NCBI GenBank assembly: GCA_031416315.1
Contig: JANOTL010000034.1
Coordinates: 1 to 29,194, forward strand
DNA: 29,194 nucleotides
Direction of reading: 5' to 3'
Source of the DNA: Pseudomonadota bacterium
Lineage (GTDB): Bacteria; Bdellovibrionota_B; Oligoflexia; Oligoflexales; CAIYRB01
A program made the translations under genes and the position numbers. The notes beneath the pieces were generated by a model that worked only from the letters and a program-made list of their open reading frames with translations, searched no databases and was not told the DNA's origin. Numbering within the stretch: the stretch's first letter is position 1; every line of letters begins with the position of its first letter. Shown one piece after another: positions 20,554 through 29,194 of this stretch.

Positions 20554-21486
20554 TCAGCCCAAAGCTTTGACGTCCTCGATCGCCTGCTTCAAATCCTCGG
20601 TGTGCATCAGCTTCGGCCCCTTCGCGAGCGTCTTGCGCGCCAGGCCGAACAGCACTTTTCCCGGACCAATCTCGACGTAGGTCTCGACTTCGCACTCTTG
20701 CGCCGTCTCCAGCGTCTGCGTCCAAAGGACGGCGCTATTGATCTGCTCGACCAGGAAGCGGGGACCGTAGTCCTTCTCGATCTTGCCCGTGAGGTTCGCG
20801 ATCACGCGCTGCGTGTTCGCGGTGAATTTGGCGGACTCGAGCAAAGGAATCATCGCCTCGCGGGCGGGCGCCATCAGCGAGGAATGGAACGGCGCGCTCA
20901 CCGGCAAAACGACGAAACGGCTTCCGGCCGCCTCGAGATCCGTGCACAGGCGGCTGACTGCTTCCTTGTGACCGGCGACGACGAGCTGCTGCGGCGAGTT
21001 GTAGTTCACCACCTCGACGACGGAGCCGTCCCAGCTCACCACTTTGCATTTCTCTTTCAGGTCGGCGGCCGGCAGGTTCATCACGGCCGCCATCGCGCCG
21101 ACGCCAGCCGGCACGGCCGCTTGCATCGCTTCGCCGCGACGACGTACGAGAAGCGAGGCTTCCGAAAGCGTCAACTTGCCGGCCGCGACGACCGCCGAAT
21201 ATTCGCCCAGGCTGTGGCCCGCGAAATAATCGGGATGGATGCCGGCTTCGTTGACCAGGACCCGCCACGTCGCGATGCTCGTCGCAAGAATGCACGGCTG
21301 CGTGTTCGCCGTCAGCTTCAGCTCGTCGTCGGGCCCGTCGAGGCAGAGCTTGCGGACGTTGATTTTCGCCGCGTCCTCGGCCTCCTCGAAGGCAGACTTC
21401 ACGTACGGAAACTCAGCGAGCAAGCCCCGGCTCATGCCCACGTATTGCGAGCCTTGACCGGGGAACATCGCCATCAGGCGTGCCAC
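20554..21486 (-). CDS. fabD: Malonyl-CoA:ACP transacylase
   Basis: FPGQGSQ, TQP, GHSLGEY, RGEAMQ, SAPFHS and EIGPGKVL motifs; GTG start just after the rpmF stop. Confidence 0.95.
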   Translation of the reverse strand: MARLMAMFPGQGSQYVGMSRGLLAEFPYVKSAFEEAEDAAKINVRKLCLDGPDDELKLTANTQPCILATSIATWRVLVNEAGIHPDYFAGHSLGEYSAVVAAGKLTLSEASLLVRRRGEAMQAAVPAGVGAMAAVMNLPAADLKEKCKVVSWDGSVVEVVNYNSPQQLVVAGHKEAVSRLCTDLEAAGSRFVVLPVSAPFHSSLMAPAREAMIPLLESAKFTANTQRVIANLTGKIEKDYGPRFLVEQINSAVLWTQTLETAQECEVETYVEIGPGKVLFGLARKTLAKGPKLMHTEDLKQAIEDVKALG

Positions 21487-21494
21487 GACGCGAC

Positions 21495-21713
21495 TTACTC
21501 GTCGACCGCGAAGTCTTCGCCGGCGAAATCGCTTTTCGCTTTCGGGGCGGCGACGACTTTGCCTTTGTAGCTGCCGCAAGCGTTGCACAGCGTGTGCGGG
21601 AGCTTTGCTTCGCCACAGGCCGGGCAGTAACCGACGCTCTTCGGTTTGAGAGCATGGTGCGAGCGGCGCAGGTTGCGCTTGGATTTCGACGTGCGGAACT
21701 TAGGAACGGCCAT
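21495..21713 (-). CDS. rpmF: 50S ribosomal protein L32 (zinc-ribbon type)
   Basis: MAVPKFRTSKSKRNLRRSH...CPAC..PH..CNACGSYKG; GGAG RBS. Confidence 0.97.
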   Translation of the reverse strand: MAVPKFRTSKSKRNLRRSHHALKPKSVGYCPACGEAKLPHTLCNACGSYKGKVVAAPKAKSDFAGEDFAVDE

Positions 21714-21745
21714 GGCAAAGACACTCCAACTGGATAAGGACGTAC

Positions 21746-21775
21746 CTCATATCGCGCGTCGGGCTAGCGGGTCAA
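21746..21775 (-). promoter_or_regulatory. Sigma70-like promoter for rpmF-fabD
   Basis: Minus strand reads TTGACC-N18-TATGAG, about 30 nt upstream of the rpmF ATG. Confidence 0.4.
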
Positions 21776-21904
21776 GAGCCCGCCGCGCCTAGCGCATTGG
21801 ACCCCCCGGGACCTATAGCTGTTGCTAGCCCCTTCTCCCCTGCCCCAGGCGTGTGTATAAGCACCCCCCCTGCCCTGCCGTGGACGGAATTTTTAGGGAC
21901 TACG

Positions 21905-22633
21905 ATGCCCCCCCTGACCCCAGCCGATCTCGAGAACCGCTGGAGCGAGCTCGCCGACGTCTTGACGACGGCCGGGCCCGAAGCGGTCATCAACGTCCTA
22001 GAGCGGCTTGCCGACCGTTGCGAGCGCGCGACGCTCTTTCGCCTCGTGATCCGCAAGCTCGGCGTAGGGCCGAAGGCCCAGGCCTCGCTGGACGCCATGA
22101 TCGTCGTCGGGGAGGCCGCCGTCGCTGACGCGCTCACTTCCGCCGAAATGTACCCGGACGAGCGGATCAAGTGGACCGACGAGGCCAACTGCTGCTGCTA
22201 CAACCTGGCCGCCAACCTGGCCGACTGCTGGCGCGACGGCGTCGCCCGTGAGCCCCGGCACTTCGAGAGCGGCCTCCGCTACTCCGAGCGCGCCCTCGCC
22301 TTCCGCCAGGCCCTGGAGAAACCGGCGGGCCCGTTCGCCATGGCTCACTGGGCCCGCGGCAAGCATCTCCTCTCCCTGCACCGTTACGACGCCGCGGCCG
22401 AGGCCTTCACCGCCGCGCTCGACTACGAGCGCGCGCTTGCCGACGAGGACCGGCTGCTGCTCGCGGGCGGGTTCCTCTCCCTCGCCCGTGCCCGTATGGG
22501 TGACCCGGAGGGCGTCGCCGGCCTCCAAAGCACGGTCCAGCTCCTAGAGACGCGGGCCAAAGCCGCCGACGACTCGCGGCACGATGCGGCGGACTACCTG
22601 GCGCAATTGCGTGAGTCGGACCGCCTAAACTGA
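21905..22633 (+). CDS. Hypothetical alpha-helical (TPR-like) protein
   Basis: GC3-rich coding frame; helical repeats (YNLAANLADCW, MAHWARG..L...YDAAAEAF). Confidence 0.7.
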   Translation: MPPLTPADLENRWSELADVLTTAGPEAVINVLERLADRCERATLFRLVIRKLGVGPKAQASLDAMIVVGEAAVADALTSAEMYPDERIKWTDEANCCCYNLAANLADCWRDGVAREPRHFESGLRYSERALAFRQALEKPAGPFAMAHWARGKHLLSLHRYDAAAEAFTAALDYERALADEDRLLLAGGFLSLARARMGDPEGVAGLQSTVQLLETRAKAADDSRHDAADYLAQLRESDRLN

Positions 22634-22640
22634 GCCCTTC

Positions 22641-22816
22641 GTAGACGTCCACGTTTACGTCGACTTGTGCGTATCGCCTGTGCGTGATCGTGATCTCTCA
22701 CGTGGGGCTTAGCCCGTTTACGCTCACATGTCCGTCAACGGGCTAAGCCCCACGTGAGAGATCACGATCATGCACAAGCGATACGCCTACGCACAGGTCG
22801 ACGTCGACGTGACGTG
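22641..22816. repeat. Long inverted repeat / hairpin element between convergent genes
   Basis: Perfect 34-bp arms at 22685-22718 and 22737-22770 around an 18-nt loop, extended imperfectly by GTNNAC-rich outer arms. Confidence 0.9.
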
Positions 22817-22823
22817 TCGGGAT

Positions 22824-24200
22824 TTAGAGCCGCTTCGCCCCCGAAGCAATCTGCTCCTTCAAAGCCGGATCCGAGACCATCTTGCCCCCGGAATACCGCA
22901 GCAGCACCTTCGCCTCTCGCGCGATTTTCTGGTCGTCGTCCATCGCCCGGTGCGCCTGAATGTAAGGCGCGACCTCCTGATCCTTGTACAGCCGGCCCAC
23001 GCCGATCATGAACCACCACGCTGGGTTATCGACGTAGACCGCCGCGGCAGTCTGCTCGAGGATCGCTTTGCCTTCGACCTCGTTCGCTAGCTTGAGCGCG
23101 TTCCATTCGCGCCGAGTACGACCCGCGCCCGCCGCGACCACGACGAGCGTGGCCGCCACCGCGACCCGCGTCAGCCAGGTCCGATCGAGCTTCGCGACGA
23201 GATAAAAGAGCCCCGCCAACACCAGCGTGTTGATCAAAAACGGCGTCCGCACCCAAGTGCCGTGCGTTTTCCACGCCGCCAGCAAGGGCACGCCGACCGG
23301 ATAGATCGTCGCGACGGATACCAGGAGCACCGCCCCCCCGAAGAGCATGGGAAAACCCAAGCCGATCCCCCGCCGCCAGGCGAGCGCGAGCAAAGCCGCG
23401 AGCCCCCCGACGATCGCGTACCCGCCCCAGCCGCCCGCGAGCATGTAAGGCAAGCGCGCGACGACCTCGACGAACTGCGCCAGCGGCACGTGCGGCATGC
23501 CGTATTCCAGCGAGGTCCCGGCATTCACCATCCAAAGCCGATAGACCGCATATCCTGCGGCCATCACGAACGTGGCCGCGACGCCGCCCCAACAACGCGC
23601 GCGCCCGTAAAGCAGCACCAAAGCCACCGGCAGCGCCGTCGGGAAGTACTCCTTCGAGACGCAAGCCCCGAATGCGGCCACGACGCTGCCGATGATCCAG
23701 GCGCCTCGCCCGGGCAATGGCCGCTTCAAGCCTTCGACCGTCAATAGGATCGCAAGAACCGCGAAGCCGAGACCGAACACGTAGTGACGCGCCGACAGGA
23801 ACCCGTGCGCCGCGATCGTCGACGGCAGCAAGAGCCAAGCGGCGACGAAGGCCAGCGCCAAGCCCTTCTTCCCGAACGTCTTCGCCGCCAGGAAGAAGAG
23901 GCCGATCGCCACCACGACCAGCAAGGCGATGCTGTGCCAGTACGCGAACGTGGGCGACTTCGGCGACACGAGCTGGTCGACCGCGAACGAGGCCATCAGC
24001 ATCGGCGCCAGCTCGTTTCCGGTCACCGCGAGCTTGTGCGCCTCGCGGTCGAAAAAATAGACGAACGGATGGGCGACGTCCCGCGCGCGAGCCATGAGCA
24101 CGGTGTCGTCACAGAACCACCAGTGCCACGGAGTGCCGAGGTACAGCGCGTAGAGCAGGACCATCGCGACGACGACGAACAGATAGTGACGAGTTTGCAT
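22824..24200 (-). CDS. Polytopic membrane protein, GT-C glycosyltransferase-like
   Basis: DD motif after TM1 (WFCDD), about 11 TM helices and an SKE motif. Confidence 0.6.
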   Translation of the reverse strand: MQTRHYLFVVVAMVLLYALYLGTPWHWWFCDDTVLMARARDVAHPFVYFFDREAHKLAVTGNELAPMLMASFAVDQLVSPKSPTFAYWHSIALLVVVAIGLFFLAAKTFGKKGLALAFVAAWLLLPSTIAAHGFLSARHYVFGLGFAVLAILLTVEGLKRPLPGRGAWIIGSVVAAFGACVSKEYFPTALPVALVLLYGRARCWGGVAATFVMAAGYAVYRLWMVNAGTSLEYGMPHVPLAQFVEVVARLPYMLAGGWGGYAIVGGLAALLALAWRRGIGLGFPMLFGGAVLLVSVATIYPVGVPLLAAWKTHGTWVRTPFLINTLVLAGLFYLVAKLDRTWLTRVAVAATLVVVAAGAGRTRREWNALKLANEVEGKAILEQTAAAVYVDNPAWWFMIGVGRLYKDQEVAPYIQAHRAMDDDQKIAREAKVLLRYSGGKMVSDPALKEQIASGAKRL

Positions 24201-24215
24201 CCCGAGTATCTAGCT

Positions 24216-25742
24216 TTAATTCACGCCATTGATCAATATCGTGACCGAGGCCCCGTTCTTGCGGACGAGCCCCGAGATGTAGACCGAGCCGCCTTTCGCC
24301 ATGAGCGTGTCGCCGAACGCGCCCTTGAAGAAGCGCCCGGTGACCGTGCCGCCGGCGCCGGAGAAGCTGACAACGCAGGCGCCCTCACAGGCGGCGACCG
24401 CGTTCTTATCGTAGCGCATCGGTCCCAGACCCGACACCGATTGCCCGTTTTGGAGACCGCCGACGGTGGGTCCCGACGCTTTCGGCGGCGCCGGCGCCGC
24501 CACGGGCGTACGAGGCGCTTGTGGCGCCGCTTTCGGCACGTAGCCGACCTTGGACACGGCCGACGCGGTGCGTCGAGCGCGCTGCTGATCCTGCGCTTTC
24601 GCCAGCTGCAGCCGCTTCTGCTCTTGCGCGAATTTCTTGCGCCGCTCGACCTCGGTCACGTCGCTCCGCTTGCGCTCTCGGTCCCGCTCACGATCCCGCT
24701 CACGCCCCCGCACACGATCCCGCTCGCGAGGCTCACCCTTCTTCTTTCGCACTTTGCGCGTCTTCGGCGCCGGCTCCTCGTCCTCCTCGTCCGCCTCGAC
24801 CTTGGCTACGCGCCCGCGCGGCAGCTTGCCTTTGCCTTCCACGGGTTTCACCTTCCGCGGCTTTTTCTTCGGCCGCGGCTTCGGCGCCTCCTCCTCGTCG
24901 TAGCGCGTGCCCTTCGCCAGCTCCTCGATCGTGTGCGACAAAGCCGAGAACTTCTTCCCGATCAGGTCGAAGCCGCCGCGCTGCTGGAAGATCCACCCAG
25001 CGAAGCCGAGGAGCGCCACGCCCAGCACCACGAGCAGCCCGATGACCAGGTGATGCTGGATCGCCGCCCGCTGCCGCAAATTCGGCATCCGCGGCGCCGA
25101 GGGCTGGACGCTCTGAATGCGCTGTTGCGCCGACGCCGGCGCGCTGGCCTGGCGCCCCGTGCCGCTCGGCGCCGGCAAGCGCTGCGCGCCGGATTTCGCG
25201 AACACCTGCACGAACTTGTCGATCGGCACCTGCGCCGCCGAGCCGCTCTTCACGACCTTGACGTGCTTGTCGAGGCGGCCCTTGAAGTAGAGCTGCTGGA
25301 TGTCGCCGGCGCTCAAAGGCCCGAGGTTGCGCCCCTTGCCGTCGACGAGGTGGTACTGCTTCGGGTCGCGCCGCGCCTTTTTGTGCTTTTTGACGCTGCC
25401 AGGAGGCAAGGTCTTGGCGTTGCGCGCCGCCTGCCGCTCCTCCTCCTCGCGGCTCATCACGCCGCCCGGCAGGCGCTCCTCGCTCGCGACGATCTCGTCG
25501 ACCATCTTCTGCGAGTCGAGCTCCATCGTGTTGCCGTCGAACGGCGCCGGATCGGCGTACACGACCTTGCTCGTCGCGAAGATCTCGTCGACCTCGACGA
25601 GCTCGCGGCGCACGGACGATCCGTCGCGCGACACGAGGTCGAACGGATCGATCCGACCTTCGCGCAATTGCTCGCGAATGTCGGCGGCCGTATAAGGCCC
25701 GAGGGCCTGGCCTTCTTGATGAATGTACCAGCGGTCGCTCAC
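24216..25742 (-). CDS. Protein with two GYF_2 (DUF4339) domains, one TM helix and a basic low-complexity C-terminal region
   Basis: WYIHQEGQALGPY...GRI and YHLVDGKGRNLGPL...GRL repeats; GTG start with a GGAG RBS. Confidence 0.8.
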   Translation of the reverse strand: MSDRWYIHQEGQALGPYTAADIREQLREGRIDPFDLVSRDGSSVRRELVEVDEIFATSKVVYADPAPFDGNTMELDSQKMVDEIVASEERLPGGVMSREEEERQAARNAKTLPPGSVKKHKKARRDPKQYHLVDGKGRNLGPLSAGDIQQLYFKGRLDKHVKVVKSGSAAQVPIDKFVQVFAKSGAQRLPAPSGTGRQASAPASAQQRIQSVQPSAPRMPNLRQRAAIQHHLVIGLLVVLGVALLGFAGWIFQQRGGFDLIGKKFSALSHTIEELAKGTRYDEEEAPKPRPKKKPRKVKPVEGKGKLPRGRVAKVEADEEDEEPAPKTRKVRKKKGEPRERDRVRGRERDRERDRERKRSDVTEVERRKKFAQEQKRLQLAKAQDQQRARRTASAVSKVGYVPKAAPQAPRTPVAAPAPPKASGPTVGGLQNGQSVSGLGPMRYDKNAVAACEGACVVSFSGAGGTVTGRFFKGAFGDTLMAKGGSVYISGLVRKNGASVTILINGVN

Positions 25743-25899
25743 GCAATTCTCCGCTCCCGTTATCGTCAAAAACCGAGCGGAGTTTCAGGGACTTAGGGTG
25801 CCGCCACCAATTCCTCGGCTTGGCCGTTTCGGCAAAAACCTTGCTCCCATGCGCCGTTTCCGTTACTTCCCGTCTGCCTAAAATTGGAACAGCCGCCGC

Positions 25900-26442
25900 A
25901 TGCGCATCTCGATCCGCGACCTAAATCCGTCACTTAGCCTCAAGATTGCCGGCACCGAGCCCTGGCTCGCGCGGCTTTACGCCGACTTCCCCTTGGCGGA
26001 GGCGCCGCTCACCGGCCAGCTCGAGGTCACCTACGACGATGGCGCCGGCACCGTCGCGGTCACCGGCCACGTCGATTACCAGCCGACGCTCGAGTGCGCG
26101 CGCTGCGCCAAAGGCATCCCTTGGGCGTTCTCCCTCGACGTCGACGCCCAGTTCGTTGCCGCCGAGCTCAAGCCGCAGGATAAAGAGCTGAATTTGAGCG
26201 AGTCGGACCTCGACACCTACTACCTCGAGGACGACGCCGTCGACCTCGAGCAGCTCCTGAACGACGTCGTCCAAACCGCCGTCCCGGCGCGGGCGGTGAA
26301 ATCCAACGAAGATGAGACGCAATGCCTCGTCTGCGAGGAAGACCTCACGACCACGCGGTTGTACTCTAGCGATCCGACCGTAGCGGACGCGAAGCCCGAG
26401 TCGCCGTTCGCGGCGCTGAAGGGACTGAAAGTCCCCCATTGA
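25900..26442 (+). CDS. yceD: YceD / DUF177 family protein
   Basis: LECARC, VDLEQLLND, CLVC and SPFAALKGLK motifs. Confidence 0.88.
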   Translation: MRISIRDLNPSLSLKIAGTEPWLARLYADFPLAEAPLTGQLEVTYDDGAGTVAVTGHVDYQPTLECARCAKGIPWAFSLDVDAQFVAAELKPQDKELNLSESDLDTYYLEDDAVDLEQLLNDVVQTAVPARAVKSNEDETQCLVCEEDLTTTRLYSSDPTVADAKPESPFAALKGLKVPH

Positions 26443-26479
26443 GATTCCGCGGCGAAGAAGCTACTTTGTCGCATCTATT

Positions 26480-26569
26480 TGGCGGGATGCCCACATCGAA
26501 GGTGCCTTCGCGTAAAGACGCGAGGGTGTCGGGCATCCGAGGAACAACCTTCGAGGAGCGAATTGGATC
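26480..26569 (+). ncRNA. Putative rpsB 5' leader (S2 autoregulatory, t44-like position)
   Basis: Structured leader: CGGGATGCCC pairs with GGGCATCCG around an inner hairpin, followed by AGGAACAACC, directly before rpsB. Confidence 0.55.
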
Positions 26570-27373
26570 ATGGCAGTGACGATCAACATGAAGGACATGC
26601 TCGAAGCCGGCGCGCACTATGGCCACCAGGCCCGCCGCTGGAACCCGAAGATGAAACCGTACATCTTCGGCGAGCGCAACGGCATCCACATCATCGACCT
26701 CCAGAAGACCGCGAAGCTCTTCAAGCGCGCTTGCGACTTCCTGGAGAAGACGACGGCGCGCGGCGGCCACGTCCTCTTCGTCGGCACGAAGCGCATGGCG
26801 CGTGACCTCGTCGCGAGCGAAGCCAAGCGCTGCGGCATGTACTACGTCAACCACCGTTGGCTCGGCGGCACGCTGACCAACCTCTCCACCCTTCGCCAGT
26901 CGATCCACCGTCTGAAGCGCATCGAGAAGATGGAGCAGGACGGCACCTTCGAGAAGCTGACGAAGAAGGAAGTGCTGAACATGCGCCGCGAGCAAGAGAA
27001 GCTCTCGCGCAACTTGGGCGGCATGAAAGACATGCCGGGCCTCCCGAAAGCCCTCTTCATCGTCGACGCCCACAAGGAGTCGATCGCGGTGAAGGAAGCC
27101 ACCCGCCTCGGTATCCCGGTCGTCGCGATCACGGACACCAACGCGGACCCGGCCGGCATCGATTACATGATCCCGGGTAACGACGACTCCCTCCGCTCGA
27201 TCCAGCTTTTCGTCAGCACGGCCGCCGAAGCCTGCATCGCCGGCAAGATGCGCTCCCGCGACAAGTCCGACCCCGAAGCCAAGTACGACTCGGTCGAGTC
27301 CGGCAAGTTCTACGACGAGCAGGGACACACCGTGGCCGTCGAGAAGGCCAAGCGCATGAACGAAGAGAACTGA
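26570..27373 (+). CDS. rpsB: 30S ribosomal protein S2
   Basis: [37 protein letters not shown] and IPGNDD motifs. Confidence 0.98.
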   Translation: MAVTINMKDMLEAGAHYGHQARRWNPKMKPYIFGERNGIHIIDLQKTAKLFKRACDFLEKTTARGGHVLFVGTKRMARDLVASEAKRCGMYYVNHRWLGGTLTNLSTLRQSIHRLKRIEKMEQDGTFEKLTKKEVLNMRREQEKLSRNLGGMKDMPGLPKALFIVDAHKESIAVKEATRLGIPVVAITDTNADPAGIDYMIPGNDDSLRSIQLFVSTAAEACIAGKMRSRDKSDPEAKYDSVESGKFYDEQGHTVAVEKAKRMNEEN

Positions 27374-27404
27374 GAACCGCGATAGCGCATAAGGGATATT
27401 TGCG

Positions 27405-28304
27405 ATGGCGACGATTTCCGCAGGCCAAGTCAAAGATCTACGTGAGAAGACCGGCGTCGGCATGATGGAGTGCAAGAAGGCGCTCGAGGAAAATGCCGGC
27501 GACATGGACAAGGCGATCGTGTGGCTGCGCGAGCGCGGCATGTCGCGCGCCGCGAAAAAAGAAGGCCGCATCACGGCCGAGGGCCTGGTCCAGGTCCTCG
27601 TGAACCCGGAAGGCACGGCCGGCACCCTGGTCGAAGTGAACTGCGAGACGGACTTCGTCTCGAAGAACGACGAGTTCATGGCCTTCATCAAGGGCTGCAC
27701 CGAGCTCGCCTTGAAGAACGACCTCCAAGACGTCGAGAAGCTGGAAGCCTTGAAGCTCGGCAACGAGACGGTCAAAGAGAAGCTGACCAACATGATCGCC
27801 AAGATCGGCGAGAACATGAACCTCCGCCGCGTCACGACCCTGAAGGCGAACGGCGGCGTGGTCTCCGGCTACACCCACATGGGCGGCCGCATCGGCACGC
27901 TCGTCGTCCTCGAAGGCGCCACCGGCGCCGACGTGACCGAGCTGGGTAAAGACCTCGCGATGCACGTCGCGGCGGCCAGCCCGCGCTACCTGTCGGACAA
28001 GGAAGTCGACAAGGGCGAGCTCGAGCAGGAGAAGGAAATCTCCCGCAAGAAGCTGATCGAGGAAGGCAAGAAGCCCGAGATGATCGAGAACATCCTCGTC
28101 GGCCAGATGAAGAAGTTCTACAAAGAGGTCTGCTTCGTGGAGCAGGCGTTCATCAAAGACCCGAACGTCAGCATCGCGAAGCACGTCGAAGCGACGAAGA
28201 AAGGCGTGAAGATCGCCGGATTCGCCCGCTACGCCCTGGGCGAGGGCATCGAGAAGAAAAAAGAGAACTTCGCCGACGAAGTCGCCGCGCAGCTCCGCAA
28301 GTGA
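27405..28304 (+). CDS. tsf: Elongation factor Ts
   Basis: LREKTGVGMMECKKAL, EVNCETDFV and LAMHVAA motifs. Confidence 0.98.
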   Translation: MATISAGQVKDLREKTGVGMMECKKALEENAGDMDKAIVWLRERGMSRAAKKEGRITAEGLVQVLVNPEGTAGTLVEVNCETDFVSKNDEFMAFIKGCTELALKNDLQDVEKLEALKLGNETVKEKLTNMIAKIGENMNLRRVTTLKANGGVVSGYTHMGGRIGTLVVLEGATGADVTELGKDLAMHVAAASPRYLSDKEVDKGELEQEKEISRKKLIEEGKKPEMIENILVGQMKKFYKEVCFVEQAFIKDPNVSIAKHVEATKKGVKIAGFARYALGEGIEKKKENFADEVAAQLRK

Positions 28305-28318
28305 GCTAGCCCTGAAAG

Positions 28319-28350
28319 AACCCCGATCCTCCCGGATTGGGGTTTTTTTT
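28319..28350 (+). terminator. Rho-independent terminator after tsf
   Basis: AACCCCGATCC-TCCC-GGATTGGGGTT stem followed by a T-tract. Confidence 0.85.
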
Positions 28351-28391
28351 CGACCTCTCCCCTCTCTCAACGTGAAGGAATCCCCCCCGAG

Positions 28392-29111
28392 ATGACGACC
28401 TCCTGCAAATACTCGCACGTGATGCTCAAGCTCTCCGGCGAGATGCTCGGCGGCAAGCAAGGCCACAACATCGACGGTGAGGCCCTGGAGCGCATCGCGG
28501 CCGAGATCGCCGACATCGCGAAGCTCGGCTGCAAGGTCTCCGTCGTCATCGGCGGCGGCAACATCTTCCGCGGCTCCGCCGCGGCGCAATGGGGCATGGA
28601 GCGCGCCTCGGCCGACTACATGGGCATGCTCGCGACGATCATCAACGCGCTGGCCCTCCAGGCGACCTTGGAGAACAAGTTCGCCACGCACACGCGCGTC
28701 ATGACCGCGATCACGATGACGGAGCTCGCCGAGCCCTACATCCGTCGCCGCGCGATCAAGCACCTCGAAGCCGGGCGCGTCGTCATCTTCGCCGGCGGCA
28801 CGGGGAATCCCTTGTTCACGACCGACACGGCGGCGAGCCTCCGCGCGCGCGAGGTCGGCGCCGAGATCATCTTGAAGGCGACGAAAGTCGACGGCATCTA
28901 CGACAAGGACCCGTTCAAGCACCCCGACGCGAAGAAATACACGCGTCTCTCTTATCTCGACGTGATCTCGCAAAAGCTCGACGTCATGGACGCGACCGCG
29001 ATCACCATGTGCATGGAAGCCGGCCTTCCGATCATGGTTTTCAAACTTGCCGAACCCGGATCGGTGCGACATGCTCTCATGAACGAGGGTGTGGGCACGA
29101 TCGTCCGCTAG
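28392..29111 (+). CDS. pyrH: UMP kinase
   Basis: [30 protein letters not shown] and VMDATA motifs. Confidence 0.98.
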   Translation: MTTSCKYSHVMLKLSGEMLGGKQGHNIDGEALERIAAEIADIAKLGCKVSVVIGGGNIFRGSAAAQWGMERASADYMGMLATIINALALQATLENKFATHTRVMTAITMTELAEPYIRRRAIKHLEAGRVVIFAGGTGNPLFTTDTAASLRAREVGAEIILKATKVDGIYDKDPFKHPDAKKYTRLSYLDVISQKLDVMDATAITMCMEAGLPIMVFKLAEPGSVRHALMNEGVGTIVR

Positions 29112-29194
29112 CGCCCGTTCAAAAAGGGTCGCTTGTCGCCTGGACCGGGCGACGAGGACCGCAGTTTACTTAAGTAAATGAGGACCGGAGTCGC

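Noticed and set aside
22641..22816. CRISPR array or simple intrinsic terminator
   Set aside because: The repeats are inverted, not direct with spacers, and no cas genes are present. The stem is far longer than a terminator and lacks a U-tract.
23784..25796. 670-aa + strand ORF
   Set aside because: Arg-rich antisense shadow of two minus-strand genes, with no motifs.
26366..29072. Long minus-strand ORFs (489 and 544 aa)
   Set aside because: Antisense to rpsB, tsf and pyrH.

Overview
High-GC bacterial chromosome segment. The gene content (GYF_2 protein, DUF4175-like protein, XRE regulator type, sigma28-like promoter motifs) suggests Bdellovibrionota/Oligoflexia or a related deltaproteobacterium; this is an inference. 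The first ~8 kb looks accessory. It holds an XRE-type regulator with a putative operator array, a large secreted Zn-dependent phospholipase C-like protein with a coiled-coil/Cys-rich insert behind a sigma54-type promoter, a four-helix-bundle gene remnant, a poly-Ala lipoprotein solute-binding protein and a frameshifted HAMP/SpoIIE phosphatase. From 8 to 20.5 kb is a + strand run: a PLD-superfamily lipoprotein; a tightly coupled 4-gene unit (Ser-less alpha/beta hydrolase, DUF4175-like, membrane protein, small CTG-start protein); a FadF-like Fe-S oxidoreductase; an exported M16 peptidase pair; YcgN; and a lipoprotein hydrolase. The right part is mostly housekeeping: rpmF-fabD (-), a helical hypothetical protein, a ~175-nt hairpin element, a GT-C-like membrane protein, a double-GYF protein, then yceD-rpsB-tsf-pyrH. 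No rRNA, tRNA, CRISPR array or intact transposase was seen. All family calls come from recognising motifs by eye, not from database searches.
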